From an uncultured delta proteobacterium (GTDB taxonomy: Bacteria; Desulfobacterota; Desulfobacteria; Desulfobacterales; QNYZ01), in assembly GCA_963845145.1 (NCBI GenBank), contig CAWJQU010000003.1, positions 224,001 to 288,000 of the forward strand: 64,000 nt of DNA. The letters run 5' to 3'. Shown one piece after another: positions 19,679 to 29,632 of the stretch. Position 1 is the stretch's first letter. Each line of letters starts with the position of its first letter. Below the pieces are notes generated by a model. It was given only the letters and a program-made list of their open reading frames with translations. It searched no databases and had not been told where the DNA came from. Position numbers and translations under genes: made by a program.

Positions 19679-21952
19679 TTGTCTAAACCGTTGGTTATAG
19701 TGGAATCCCCCACCAAAATCCGAACCATAAAAAAATATTTGGGTAATAAATATAACGTTGCGGCGACCGTGGGCCATATTAAAGATCTACCGCCCAAAGA
19801 GATCGGGATCGATATCGAGGATGGATTCAAACCCAAATACCGCACAATACCCGGCAAACGGTCAGTGATCACCAATCTGCGAAAAGTGGCCGGTGATGCC
19901 AAAGATATCTACCTGGCCCCCGACCCCGATCGCGAAGGGGAAGCGATTGCCTGGCATACATCGGAAATACTTAAAAAGAAAGACCGTCGCTTTCATCGAA
20001 TCCTTTATCACGAACTGACGAAAGACGGTATCGCCAAGGCCATGAACACACCGTTGGAACTCAACCGGCCTAAATACGAAGCACAGCAGGCCCGCCGCAT
20101 CCTGGATCGTTTGGTGGGATACCAGATATCGCCCCTATTGTGGCGCAAGGTTAAAGGCGGGTTGAGCGCCGGACGCGTTCAGTCGGTAGCGGTTCGCATG
20201 ATCATTAACCGGGAACGGGCCATTCAGGCCTTTGAGACGGAGGAGTATTGGTCCATTACGGCCGATTTGTTAGCCGATTTACCACCCGCCTTCACAGCCC
20301 GGCTGGTTCGGCACAAACAAGATAAGATCAAGATCCAAAACGAAAAATCCGCCACGAGTATCGTCGATGAACTGAAAACCCAGCCATTTATCGTCGATAA
20401 TATTCTTAAAAAGACCACCCGCAGAAATCCCCTGCCCCCATTTATTACCAGTAAATTGCAGCAGGAAGCGATCCGCAAGCTGCGCTTTTCAGCTCGCAAG
20501 ACCATGATCGTGGCCCAGCAACTTTACGAAGGTATCGAGCTCGGACACGGAGAGCCGGTGGGGCTGATCACCTACATGCGTACCGATTCCATACGAATCT
20601 CCGAGGAAGCCGCCAACCAGGCGCTGGAGATGATTCGCAAACGCTTTGGACCTGAATATGCCATGGACAAGCCGCGCATGTTTAAAAATCGCAAAAAGGC
20701 CCAGGATGCCCATGAAGCCATTCGCCCGACATCCGTTGATTATACCCCCGAAAAAGTGGCGAGCCATCTGACCGATGACCAGCTCGCTTTGTATACCATG
20801 ATCTGGAAACGCTTTATCGCCTCACAAATGAAACAGGCGCTGATCGATAAAAATACGGTGGCTATCGGTGCCGGCGATTATCGCTTCACTGTGACCGGGT
20901 CCAGCGTTCGTTTTCAGGGATTTCTGGCATTGTATCAGTCCGTGGATGAGGCCATTAAGCAAGAAAAAGAAAAGGTCCAACTCCCTGAATTAAAAAAAGG
21001 CCAATCCTTGACATTGGAAAAACTCAATCCCAATCAACATTTCACCAAACCACCACCCCGTTTTTCCGAGGCTTCTCTGGTCAAGGAGTTGGAGGAAAAC
21101 GGTATCGGTCGTCCCAGCACCTATGCCGCCATTTTATCCACCATTCGAAACAAGGGTTATGTCGATCTGATCAAAGGCTATTTTCGGCCCAGCGAGTTGG
21201 GTTTTATCGTCAACGATCTCATCGTGGATAGTTTTCCCGAGACCTTTGACATCAGTTTCACAGCACGGATGGAAGAAGACCTGGACCGAATTGAAGCAGC
21301 ACAAATCGAATTTGAAGAAGTACTTGATCGTTTTTATCAGCAGTTTAAAAAACGTCTTGAAGCGGCAACGGATGGCATGTGCAGCATGAAAGCCGTGGGG
21401 CTACCTATTAACCTTCCCTGCCCGCAATGTAGCGCCGGAAAATTACATATCAAGATGGGCCGCAATGGCCATTTCCTCGCCTGCGATGCCTACCCGGACT
21501 GCAACTACACCCGCAATTACGATCGGGATGAAAAGGGGAAAATCACACCCATCGAGCCCATCGCCGACGAAAAAACCGACAAAATCTGCCCCAAGTGCGA
21601 CAGTGAGATGGTTGCCAAGCAGGGCCGTTTCGGACGATTTCTGGCCTGTAGCGGGTACCCGGACTGCAAGTATACCGAATCGCTCAACGGGGGTGGTGCG
21701 GATACCGGTGTCGCCTGCCCGGAAAAAAATTGCGACGGCCAGATAATGACCCGCACCTCCCGGCGTGGAAAAATCTTTTACGGGTGCAGCCGTTATCCCA
21801 AATGCAAATTCGCCACCTGGGACAAACCGGTCGCCGAAACCTGCCCCCAATGCCAGGCACCTATCCTGGCCGAAAAAACCACCAAAAAATACGGGACCCA
21901 ATTAACCTGTCTGAACAAAGAATGTGGATATAAAAAAGGGATCGAATCGTAA
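19679..21952 (+). CDS. topA: DNA topoisomerase I
   Basis: VIVESPTK, DPDREGE, SAGRVQS, ITYMRTDS, C-terminal zinc ribbons. Confidence 0.99.
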   Translation: MSKPLVIVESPTKIRTIKKYLGNKYNVAATVGHIKDLPPKEIGIDIEDGFKPKYRTIPGKRSVITNLRKVAGDAKDIYLAPDPDREGEAIAWHTSEILKKKDRRFHRILYHELTKDGIAKAMNTPLELNRPKYEAQQARRILDRLVGYQISPLLWRKVKGGLSAGRVQSVAVRMIINRERAIQAFETEEYWSITADLLADLPPAFTARLVRHKQDKIKIQNEKSATSIVDELKTQPFIVDNILKKTTRRNPLPPFITSKLQQEAIRKLRFSARKTMIVAQQLYEGIELGHGEPVGLITYMRTDSIRISEEAANQALEMIRKRFGPEYAMDKPRMFKNRKKAQDAHEAIRPTSVDYTPEKVASHLTDDQLALYTMIWKRFIASQMKQALIDKNTVAIGAGDYRFTVTGSSVRFQGFLALYQSVDEAIKQEKEKVQLPELKKGQSLTLEKLNPNQHFTKPPPRFSEASLVKELEENGIGRPSTYAAILSTIRNKGYVDLIKGYFRPSELGFIVNDLIVDSFPETFDISFTARMEEDLDRIEAAQIEFEEVLDRFYQQFKKRLEAATDGMCSMKAVGLPINLPCPQCSAGKLHIKMGRNGHFLACDAYPDCNYTRNYDRDEKGKITPIEPIADEKTDKICPKCDSEMVAKQGRFGRFLACSGYPDCKYTESLNGGGADTGVACPEKNCDGQIMTRTSRRGKIFYGCSRYPKCKFATWDKPVAETCPQCQAPILAEKTTKKYGTQLTCLNKECGYKKGIES

Positions 21953-21979
21953 TAGGTTTAATTCATTATCACCTGTTTT

Positions 21980-22804
21980 TCATCTATCCAAAAATTCCAA
22001 CATATGCTTGGTCACGATTTTAGGTTGTTCCTCGGGCAGAAAATGGCCGCAGTCGGGCACAATCGTCAATTCTGAATTGGGTATATCCGTTTTTAGCCTC
22101 TGGGCAATACGTATGGGAAAGATGCGGTCCTTATCTCCCCATAATATTAATGTCGGGTGTTGAATCTTCCTTACATTTTCTATCGGTTCGATAATTTTTT
22201 CCGGCGGTGCCATAATCACTTTCCGATAAACTTTACGGCTATTCCGATTTTCCACCCACGGTTTAAAATATAAATCTACCATCTCATCGGTAACCGCGCC
22301 TTTTTGGTATACGGCGAAATGTTTTAAACTAAACTTGAACTGGGATCGAAACAGCGACAACCATGCGAAAAAAGGATTTTTCAAATATCCCATCAAACTT
22401 CGGAAAATAATCGGCCATTTCACAAAGGGCATGGTATCCATGATGACAAACCGACGCGTCATTTCCGGGAACCGAGAAACAAATCCCAACGCAGCCATTC
22501 CACCCAAATCATGTGCCACCAGATCGGCTCGTTCTATTTTTAGGGCATCATAGAATGCCTTTAAAAAAGAGACAAAAAAGTCGAGATCATACGATTGGTC
22601 TAAAGGTTTATCCGTTCTTCCATGACCTGGCAGATCAGGCACAATGACATAAAACCTTTTTGCAAGCTCGGGGAGACAGTGGCGCCAGAGATAACAATTG
22701 GATGGATACCCGTGGAGTAAAACAACCGGTGGCGCCCCCCGGTCACCGGCAATAAGATAATGTACATTTAACCCGGTTTGAAGTGTTAGTGTTCGACTTT
22801 TCAT
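21980..22804 (-). CDS. Alpha/beta hydrolase (epoxide hydrolase/haloalkane dehalogenase-like)
   Basis: LHGYP, DLPGHG, nucleophile motif HDLGG, GHFLPEE. Confidence 0.9.
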   Translation of the reverse strand: MKSRTLTLQTGLNVHYLIAGDRGAPPVVLLHGYPSNCYLWRHCLPELAKRFYVIVPDLPGHGRTDKPLDQSYDLDFFVSFLKAFYDALKIERADLVAHDLGGMAALGFVSRFPEMTRRFVIMDTMPFVKWPIIFRSLMGYLKNPFFAWLSLFRSQFKFSLKHFAVYQKGAVTDEMVDLYFKPWVENRNSRKVYRKVIMAPPEKIIEPIENVRKIQHPTLILWGDKDRIFPIRIAQRLKTDIPNSELTIVPDCGHFLPEEQPKIVTKHMLEFLDR

Positions 22805-22819
22805 TCTTTTCCTCCTTCG

Positions 22820-22841
22820 CTGGCTGGACGACCGACCAAAT
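22820..22841. promoter_or_regulatory. Candidate TetR operator upstream of the hydrolase
   Basis: CTGGCTGGACGACCGACCAAAT, 19/22 identical to the site upstream of the TetR gene. Confidence 0.55.
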
Positions 22842-22883
22842 TATTATTAAAAAAAACCGCACGCCCAAGAACATGCGGTTATT

Positions 22884-23486
22884 CTAGAACGATCCTTTTA
22901 ACAATCCGGCAATTCCTAGCCGTGTGGCATCCCAAAAAGCCTTGTTTTCTGCCAACGCCGCCTCGGTGGCGAATTGCAGCCCCATACCATCGATGATGCC
23001 GGTAATCAGTGCCGCAAGTCCATCAACGGGCAACGTGGGTGAGATAATTTTCTGTACTTTGGCGCGCATCAACCCTTTTTGCATCGCTTTTCGAAATCGG
23101 CCATATAACGCTTGCAACTCTTCTGCAATGATCGGGCTTTGCCGCCCTATGGCCCAGGATTCGAAAAAAACCTTAAAAAAATCAGGGTCGTTTTTAATGA
23201 CGTGCTGGAGCATATTTACCATTTCAGATGACAGTTCATCTGCAGAACGGGCCCGATTTAGAATGTGTTCTATCATCTCGATACTCATTTCCATATTCGC
23301 CCGAATGACGTGGGCCAGCATCTCATCTTTATTTTTATAATAGTAATGCAAAAGCCCACGACTGATACCCGCCTCTTTGGCCACCTGGCTGATCGTGGTT
23401 CCGGAAAAACCCCTTTCAGCCAGGAGTTTTCGAATCACTGCCAATATTCTCTGTTTTTTTTCATCCAAGGATAGCTGGGCGTTCAA
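22884..23486 (-). CDS. TetR/AcrR family regulator (BetI-like C-terminus)
   Basis: GFSGTTISQVAKEAGISRGLLHYYY HTH. Confidence 0.93.
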   Translation of the reverse strand: MNAQLSLDEKKQRILAVIRKLLAERGFSGTTISQVAKEAGISRGLLHYYYKNKDEMLAHVIRANMEMSIEMIEHILNRARSADELSSEMVNMLQHVIKNDPDFFKVFFESWAIGRQSPIIAEELQALYGRFRKAMQKGLMRAKVQKIISPTLPVDGLAALITGIIDGMGLQFATEAALAENKAFWDATRLGIAGLLKGSF

Positions 23487-23516
23487 TGATCACTCCACGA
23501 ATAGTCCTTTGTCACA

Positions 23517-23538
23517 CTGGTTGGACGACCATCCAAAT
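23517..23538. promoter_or_regulatory. Candidate TetR autoregulatory operator
   Basis: CTGGTTGGACGACCATCCAAAT with palindromic core TTGGA-N6-TCCAA. Confidence 0.55.
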
Positions 23539-23641
23539 ATAGCTCAATATTTAATCACTGTCAATGATAGGGTTACAATACCGTATCGCGAATCCCATCC
23601 TCAAACGCCCCACCCGATATCACCGTTGGGACATCGTCATT

Positions 23642-24133
23642 TTAAAGCCTAAGCATCAATCTCTGCTCATTCACGGGCACCCCCCACTCAGTGCCAACAC
23701 ACTCCTCCACCACCTTAAAACCCGCCTTATCATATATATGCCGCGCTGAAAGGAGTCCTTCAAATGTCCAGAGGTAGATATGGGTATATTTCTTCTTTCG
23801 ACAGAAATCGACCGCCGATTGAATTAATTTTTGGCCGATTCCCTGTCCGTGCAGTTGGTCAGAAACGATAAACCAGCGCAGATGCGCCCCCTCTTCTTTG
23901 GCATGAATCCCGTCAATAGTGAGCGTTCCCTCAATCCGATCATCTTTCATTACCGTCCAAAACCGATCCCGGCTGTCATCATATCGGCCAATGAACTCGG
24001 CAAGACCGCTGGCGACTTTAGCTTCAAAGTAGGATTCAAAGCCCCAGTTTTCAGCGTAATATTGTCCGTGCAACTCAACAACTCTCCCAAGGGCACCGGG
24101 CATATAACCTTTTAATATCTTTATTTGAGGCAT
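23642..24133 (-). CDS. GNAT family N-acetyltransferase
   Basis: LRWFIV...HGQGIGQKL, ARHIYDKAGF. Confidence 0.9.
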   Translation of the reverse strand: MPQIKILKGYMPGALGRVVELHGQYYAENWGFESYFEAKVASGLAEFIGRYDDSRDRFWTVMKDDRIEGTLTIDGIHAKEEGAHLRWFIVSDQLHGQGIGQKLIQSAVDFCRKKKYTHIYLWTFEGLLSARHIYDKAGFKVVEECVGTEWGVPVNEQRLMLRL

Positions 24134-24337
24134 TTAAAGACCTCCCCTTAGGGTCTTGTTATTGAAAAAAAAGTTTACCATAGACCGTTTGGCTTCGAAA
24201 AAAAATAAAAATATATTCTATTAGGTATTACTTACCCCACCCCGACATCGTTGCCAAATGGTCTGGTTGGGCGTATAAGGCACGACAATCCGATCCATAC
24301 TTAAAAAAAATATTCAAAGAAGGAAATAGCCGAATCA

Positions 24338-25531
24338 ATGTCAAGCCCCCCCTCTCCCAATCATCCTGCGAGGATAAAAGAAACCGCCAATGGTTTCCAA
24401 ACTGGCCAGATCCTGGTTCTGTCGACCTGTCATTTTATCCATGACACCTATTCCAGTTTTTTTGCGACCTTATTGCCCCTATTGATTGAAAAACTATCGC
24501 TCACCCTAACCCAGGCCGGATTTTTATCAACGGTTATGCAGATCCCGGCCCTGATCAACCCTCTTTTAGGGACCTTAGCCGACCGGACCAGCGTGCGGTA
24601 TTTTATTATTTTGGCCCCTGCCACAACGGCAATCCCCATGAGCCTGTTGGGATTGGCCCCCAGCTATGGCGTGCTGCTCATTTTACTTTTTATTACCGGT
24701 ATCAGCGTTGCCGTATTCCATGTCCCCGCTCCGGTAATGGTATCGCGCCTTTCCGGTGATCGCAAAGGTAAGGGGATGAGCTTTTTCATGACCGGCGGCG
24801 AGCTTGCCCGAGCCGTCGGGCCCATGGTAACCGTGGGTGGCGTTTCACTGTTGGGGTTGGAGGGGTTTTACCCCGTCATGATAGTGGGAATCGTCGCCTC
24901 GATCTGGTTGTTTCTTAAGTTTCGCGACGTACCCATTACCGTTAAATCATCTCAATCTACCGGCTTATTAACGACTTTTCATGAAATGCGGCCTATTTTG
25001 CTTCCGCTGGCGGCCATTCTGATCGCACGGGGGTTCATGCATGCGTCGTTGACCACCTTTTTGCCTACCTTTATAAAACTGGAAACGGGAAACCTCTGGT
25101 TGGCAGGTGCTGCCCTGACCATTTTTGAATTGTGCGGCGTGGTCGGGGTGATGACATCCGGATCCTTGAGCGATTCCTTTGGACGGCGACGTATTTTGCT
25201 GTTTAGTTTAATCGGTGCCCCGGTAGCCCTGTTTATATTTGCCTGGTTGGGCGGCTGGCTACGTATCGTCGCACTTCTAGTAACCGGATTCACCCTGCTT
25301 TCAACCACACCGGTAATGTTGGCCATGGTGCAGGAACATGCCAAAACCAGTCCCTCTGCTGCCAACGGTATGTTCATGCTGATTTCATTTACGGCGCGAT
25401 CTGCCGTGGTGGTTGTGGTAGGCTTTATCGGTGATCAGATCGGTTTGCAAATGACCTATCTTTTGAGCGCTTTTCTAGGCCTGGCCGCACTGCCCTTCAT
25501 ATTCATGCTGCCAGGTGCAACCAAAAAGTAA
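24338..25531 (+). CDS. MFS transporter (Fsr-like)
   Basis: About 12 TM helices; GSLSDSFGRR motif A; CHFIHD..AVFH..GMSFFMTGG. Confidence 0.9.
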   Translation: MSSPPSPNHPARIKETANGFQTGQILVLSTCHFIHDTYSSFFATLLPLLIEKLSLTLTQAGFLSTVMQIPALINPLLGTLADRTSVRYFIILAPATTAIPMSLLGLAPSYGVLLILLFITGISVAVFHVPAPVMVSRLSGDRKGKGMSFFMTGGELARAVGPMVTVGGVSLLGLEGFYPVMIVGIVASIWLFLKFRDVPITVKSSQSTGLLTTFHEMRPILLPLAAILIARGFMHASLTTFLPTFIKLETGNLWLAGAALTIFELCGVVGVMTSGSLSDSFGRRRILLFSLIGAPVALFIFAWLGGWLRIVALLVTGFTLLSTTPVMLAMVQEHAKTSPSAANGMFMLISFTARSAVVVVVGFIGDQIGLQMTYLLSAFLGLAALPFIFMLPGATKK

Positions 25532-26423
25532 ATGAAACCGCCGATAACAAGGTCACAAAAGAGATAGCGGCCACTGCGGCTTCCGGGTCTCCCTGCATTT
25601 CCCTGGCCATTACATAGGCAATGGTAGCCGTTGGAGAGGCCAACAAAATCAACGCGGGCATATACACTGGGGCCGAAATGTGAAACATACGAAACAGCAA
25701 CAAACCAATCGCTGGGAGAATAGCCAGCTTTATCAGGGCGACCATGGAAACGATCTTTAAATATTTACGAATCAAATTGAATGATAAAGTGGCCCCAATG
25801 AGCAAAAGGGCAGTCGGCAGGGCCATCCCGCTCAATATTTCCAAGCTTCGCCGTATAACCAAGGGCAATTCAAATCCGAACGAGGAAAAAATAATGCCGG
25901 CCATGGCCGCAAGAATCACCGGGTTTCCGATAACTTTCACCCATAGCCGGCGGTGGTTTTTTGGCGCATAACCTGGCTCCGCATGTGCTTGTAAGGCAAT
26001 AACCGACATCAGATTCTGAAGAATCATTAAAAATCCGGCGGCCACACCGGCACGACTCAATCCGCTGTCACCTAGGAAATAGTATGCCACTGCCAAACCG
26101 ATATACCCTAAATTACCATGACCGGCACATTGAATGAAGGTACCCTGCTGGTTAACCGGCATCCTCACGCCCTTGGCAACCATCCAAGCCGCGACGTAGG
26201 CTGTAAAGGCCGCTACGAGCATCAAGGTGATGATCAGAGGGTTAAATTGTCGGCTCAAAGAGGCCTGAGAAATCGCGTTGAAGATCATGGCGGGAATGGC
26301 AATATGGTACACGAGACGATTGGCCGGGCCCAAAAACTCAGGCGGCAGAAACCCTTTTTTCCGGGCCAGCCAGCCGAGAATGATGACGGTAAATATGGGA
26401 ATGATTGTGGAGAGAATGCTCAT
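25503..26423 (-). CDS. AEC (auxin efflux carrier) family transporter
   Basis: NRLVYHIAIPAMIF, GNLGYIGL, NPVILA, PTALLLIG. Confidence 0.9.
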   Translation of the reverse strand: MSILSTIIPIFTVIILGWLARKKGFLPPEFLGPANRLVYHIAIPAMIFNAISQASLSRQFNPLIITLMLVAAFTAYVAAWMVAKGVRMPVNQQGTFIQCAGHGNLGYIGLAVAYYFLGDSGLSRAGVAAGFLMILQNLMSVIALQAHAEPGYAPKNHRRLWVKVIGNPVILAAMAGIIFSSFGFELPLVIRRSLEILSGMALPTALLLIGATLSFNLIRKYLKIVSMVALIKLAILPAIGLLLFRMFHISAPVYMPALILLASPTATIAYVMAREMQGDPEAAVAAISFVTLLSAVSFTFWLHLAA

Positions 26424-26649
26424 TGATTGTAAACACCTGTTTGGCAATGATATGGTTTAGAGAAAAATCGAAAAAATCTCAATGGATTATTGACCGTTGA
26501 CAACACTTTGCCCCTTTTTTATATCTCAATTCAGACGGTTTTAAAAAAATGTGAAGACCTTACTTTGATTCAAATTCCACCAGTTTTAGATGGACGCTCA
26601 TTGAATGAAATAAAATCGCATTTACGCTCAGTGACAAAAGGAGGATCCC

Positions 26650-27480
26650 ATGCGCTGGAAACAATTCTTAACCCCGGTTAAATCCATGAGTACCGATCAG
26701 GCCAAGGAATTCATGGACGAAAAATCCATGCAGGATATGACGATTCTGGACGTACGTCAGCCCAACGAGTATGAAAAAGGGCATATACCCGGCGCCAAAT
26801 TGATCCCCCTTCCGGAACTTTCGGACCGGTTGGATGAAATCGACCCAAATAAAGATACCCTGATCTACTGAGCGGTCGGCGGACGCAGCCGGGTCGCTGC
26901 CCAAATGCTGGCGGGAAAAGGTTTTAATCGGATCTACAACGTCTCTGGGGGTATCAAAGCGTGGCACTCCGAAGTGGCCTTTTATTCCGAGGAAAAAGGG
27001 CTTGAACTCTTTACCGGCAATGAAACGCCGGAAAAGACCTTGATGGTGGCGTATTCTTTGGAGGAAGGGCTGCGCGATTTTTATCTAACCATGGCCGGCC
27101 AGGTGAATAACCAAAAAGCCCAAAATCTTTTCGAAAAGCTTTCGGCCATTGAAATCAAGCATCAGAACAGAATATATAAAGAGTATACAAAAATTGAGCA
27201 TGAACCACTGACTCGGGACGCCTTTCATAAGTCCCTGACGACCAAGGCAATGGAGGGCGGTCTGACCACCGAAGAGTATGCCGCCACCTTCAATATCGAC
27301 TGGGAGTCGGTGGAAGATATTATCGGCCTGGCGATGTCTATTGAGGCCCAGGCCATGGACCTTTATCAACGCGCCGCGGATAAAAATAAGGACTTGGAAA
27401 GCAAATCCTTTCTAATCCAAATTGCCGATGAAGAACGGTCCCATTTAAATCAACTCGGAAAGTTAATGGAGAACCTTTGA
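26650..27480 (+). CDS. Putative selenoprotein: rhodanese (Sec at TGA 26869-26871) fused to a rubrerythrin/ferritin-like domain, 276 aa
   Basis: ORFs 26650-26871 and 26905-27480 are in the same frame; read-through gives LIY-U-AVGGRS matching the rhodanese YCxxGxRS loop; two E...ExxH di-iron motifs downstream; SD AAGGAGG. Confidence 0.88.
26881..26902 (+). promoter_or_regulatory. Candidate bacterial SECIS element
   Basis: GG-ac-GCAGC-[CGGGTC]-GCTGC-CC hairpin starting about 10 nt after the UGA, with a G-containing apical loop. Confidence 0.65.
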
Positions 27481-27526
27481 TTCTACCACCATACTTCTCC
27501 GGCACAATAGGCAAAGGGAGTTATTC

Positions 27527-28639
27527 ATGGGAAAACAACTCGTTTTAGTCGGCGGCGGCCACGCCCATATGGTAACTATGGCCAATCTGCACCAGTTTGT
27601 CGAAAAGGGGCACCAGGTTACCGTGATCGGTCCTTCAGAGAACCACTACTACTCCGGTATGGGGCCGGGAATGTTGGGAGGCACCTATTCTCCGGATGAT
27701 ATTCGCTTTGCCACCCGACATGTGGTTGAAAAACAAGGCGGCGTTTTTGTGTTGGACAAGGCAACTGGCGTGGACCCCGATGGCAAACGTGTGAAACTCC
27801 AATCCGGTAAAGAGATTTCTTACGATGTGGTTTCATTTAATTGCGGCAGCTACGTTCCTAGACCCGATATTGTGGGCCAAAACACCGATATATTTACCGT
27901 TAAACCCATTGAGAAATTATTGGAGGCGCAACAACGAATCCTCTCTTTAGCTGCGGAAGGGAAGACTGCAATCGGCATTATCGGTGGTGGACCATCGGCC
28001 ATAGAAATCGCGGGAAACATCTGGGGGCTGGCCGTAAAAAAGCATATGGAAGTGCCGGCCATTAACCTCTTTACCCGCGGAAAATTAATGGACCGTTTTC
28101 CCGACGCCATCGGCAAAAAAGTGTTTCAATCCCTTTCCCGTCGGGGAGTCGCCATTCACGAAAAAAGCCCGGTCTCTACGATTGAAGACAACCGGATTAC
28201 GTTGGCTTCTGGAGAGGACCACAAAGCCGATTTAATTTTTCTGGCCTTAGGTGTGAGGCCATCGCCCATCTTTGCCGACTCGGGTCTCGCCGTAGGACCG
28301 GACGGCGGCTTACTGGTCAATCAATTCCTGCAAAGCGACAAATATCCGGATATTTTCGGAGGGGGTGACTGTGTCCACTTTAAACCGCAGCCCCTGGATA
28401 AAGTCGGCGTCTATGCCGTCCGGCAAAACCCGGTTCTGTTAAATAATCTATTGGCGGCCCTGGAAGGTACGGACCTGCAACCCTTTGATCCCGGTGGGGC
28501 CTACCTCCTGATTTTCAATCTGGGTGGCGGCACAGGGATTTTACGAAAAAATTGGCTTCAGTTCGGGGGCCGTCCGGCGTTTATCGTCAAGGATTACATT
28601 GATCGCAAATTTATGCGCGAATTCCAGTCAATCGAATAA
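27527..28639 (+). CDS. FAD/NAD(P)-dependent oxidoreductase resembling the domain found N-terminal to SelD
   Basis: LVLVGGGHAH, YYSGMGPGM, IIGGGPSAIE, FGGGDC, KVGVYAVRQ, KDYIDRKFM. Confidence 0.8.
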   Translation: MGKQLVLVGGGHAHMVTMANLHQFVEKGHQVTVIGPSENHYYSGMGPGMLGGTYSPDDIRFATRHVVEKQGGVFVLDKATGVDPDGKRVKLQSGKEISYDVVSFNCGSYVPRPDIVGQNTDIFTVKPIEKLLEAQQRILSLAAEGKTAIGIIGGGPSAIEIAGNIWGLAVKKHMEVPAINLFTRGKLMDRFPDAIGKKVFQSLSRRGVAIHEKSPVSTIEDNRITLASGEDHKADLIFLALGVRPSPIFADSGLAVGPDGGLLVNQFLQSDKYPDIFGGGDCVHFKPQPLDKVGVYAVRQNPVLLNNLLAALEGTDLQPFDPGGAYLLIFNLGGGTGILRKNWLQFGGRPAFIVKDYIDRKFMREFQSIE

Positions 28640-28687
28640 CATCCGTGTCCACAAATGCCCAAACATACGCTTCAAAGGAGTCATTTC

Positions 28688-29593
28688 ATGGTTAAAGATA
28701 TCGATGTCCTCATTCTTGGAACCGGACCGGCGGGCCTGCAGGCGGCGATTCATGCTGCACGGGCTAAAGCCTCGGTTTTAGTTATGGGACGCAAACATAA
28801 ATCGAGCATCCACAACGCCCATGTAGAAAATTATTGCTGCCTCAGTAGTATTTCAGGAAATGATCTGCTCGCTCAAGGCGCCGAACAGGCCGCCAACGCC
28901 GGGGCCCATTTTCTTCATGAAGACGTGGTTAAGGTCGACCCCGGAGAAGGTGGTTTCGTTATTACGACAGAGAGCGACCAAACCATTAATACGCGAACCT
29001 TGATCCTGGCCATGGGCATCACGCGTAACAAGTTGGGCATTCCGGGTGAAAAAGAGCTTCTCGGAAAAGGCGTTAGTTATTGTGTCGATTGCGATGCTAA
29101 TTTTTACAAGGGCAGCCCGGTAGCGGTCGTTGGGAATGAATCTGCTGCGGTATCAGGGGCAATGACGCTGCTTTTTTATGCCAGCGAAGTGCACTTGATT
29201 TCAGAAAAACTCGAAGTGGCCGACGGCCTTGCCAATCAGATAAAGGCGTCGGACGTGCACCTTCATTTGGGAAAAAAGGTCGTTAAGACTATCGGTACGG
29301 AAAAACTCGAGGGCGTTATCCTAGATAACGATGAACGCCTGAACGTTAGCGGCCTGTTCATTGAAACCGGCGCCAAAGGCGCCGTTGAACTGGCCTCCTT
29401 TTTGGGTGTCGCGCTGGATGACGAAAAATTTCGTTACATCATGGTGGATAAGCAACAGCAGACAAATGTTCCCGGTATCTATGCCGCGGGTGATATCTGC
29501 GGACCGCCCTGGCAAATAGCCAAGGCCGTGGGAGAAGGCTGTGTGGCCGGGTTATCTGCTGCAAAATTTGCCAAAAAAAAGCGAAAGAAGTAA
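28688..29593 (+). CDS. Thioredoxin reductase-like flavoprotein
   Basis: GTGPAGLQAA, GKGVSYCVDCD, TNVPGIYAAGD; SD AAAGGAG before ATG 28688. Confidence 0.9.
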   Translation: MVKDIDVLILGTGPAGLQAAIHAARAKASVLVMGRKHKSSIHNAHVENYCCLSSISGNDLLAQGAEQAANAGAHFLHEDVVKVDPGEGGFVITTESDQTINTRTLILAMGITRNKLGIPGEKELLGKGVSYCVDCDANFYKGSPVAVVGNESAAVSGAMTLLFYASEVHLISEKLEVADGLANQIKASDVHLHLGKKVVKTIGTEKLEGVILDNDERLNVSGLFIETGAKGAVELASFLGVALDDEKFRYIMVDKQQQTNVPGIYAAGDICGPPWQIAKAVGEGCVAGLSAAKFAKKKRKK

Positions 29594-29632
29594 GAGGGTT
29601 GAGATATACGCTGGGGTGGCGCCCAATATAAT

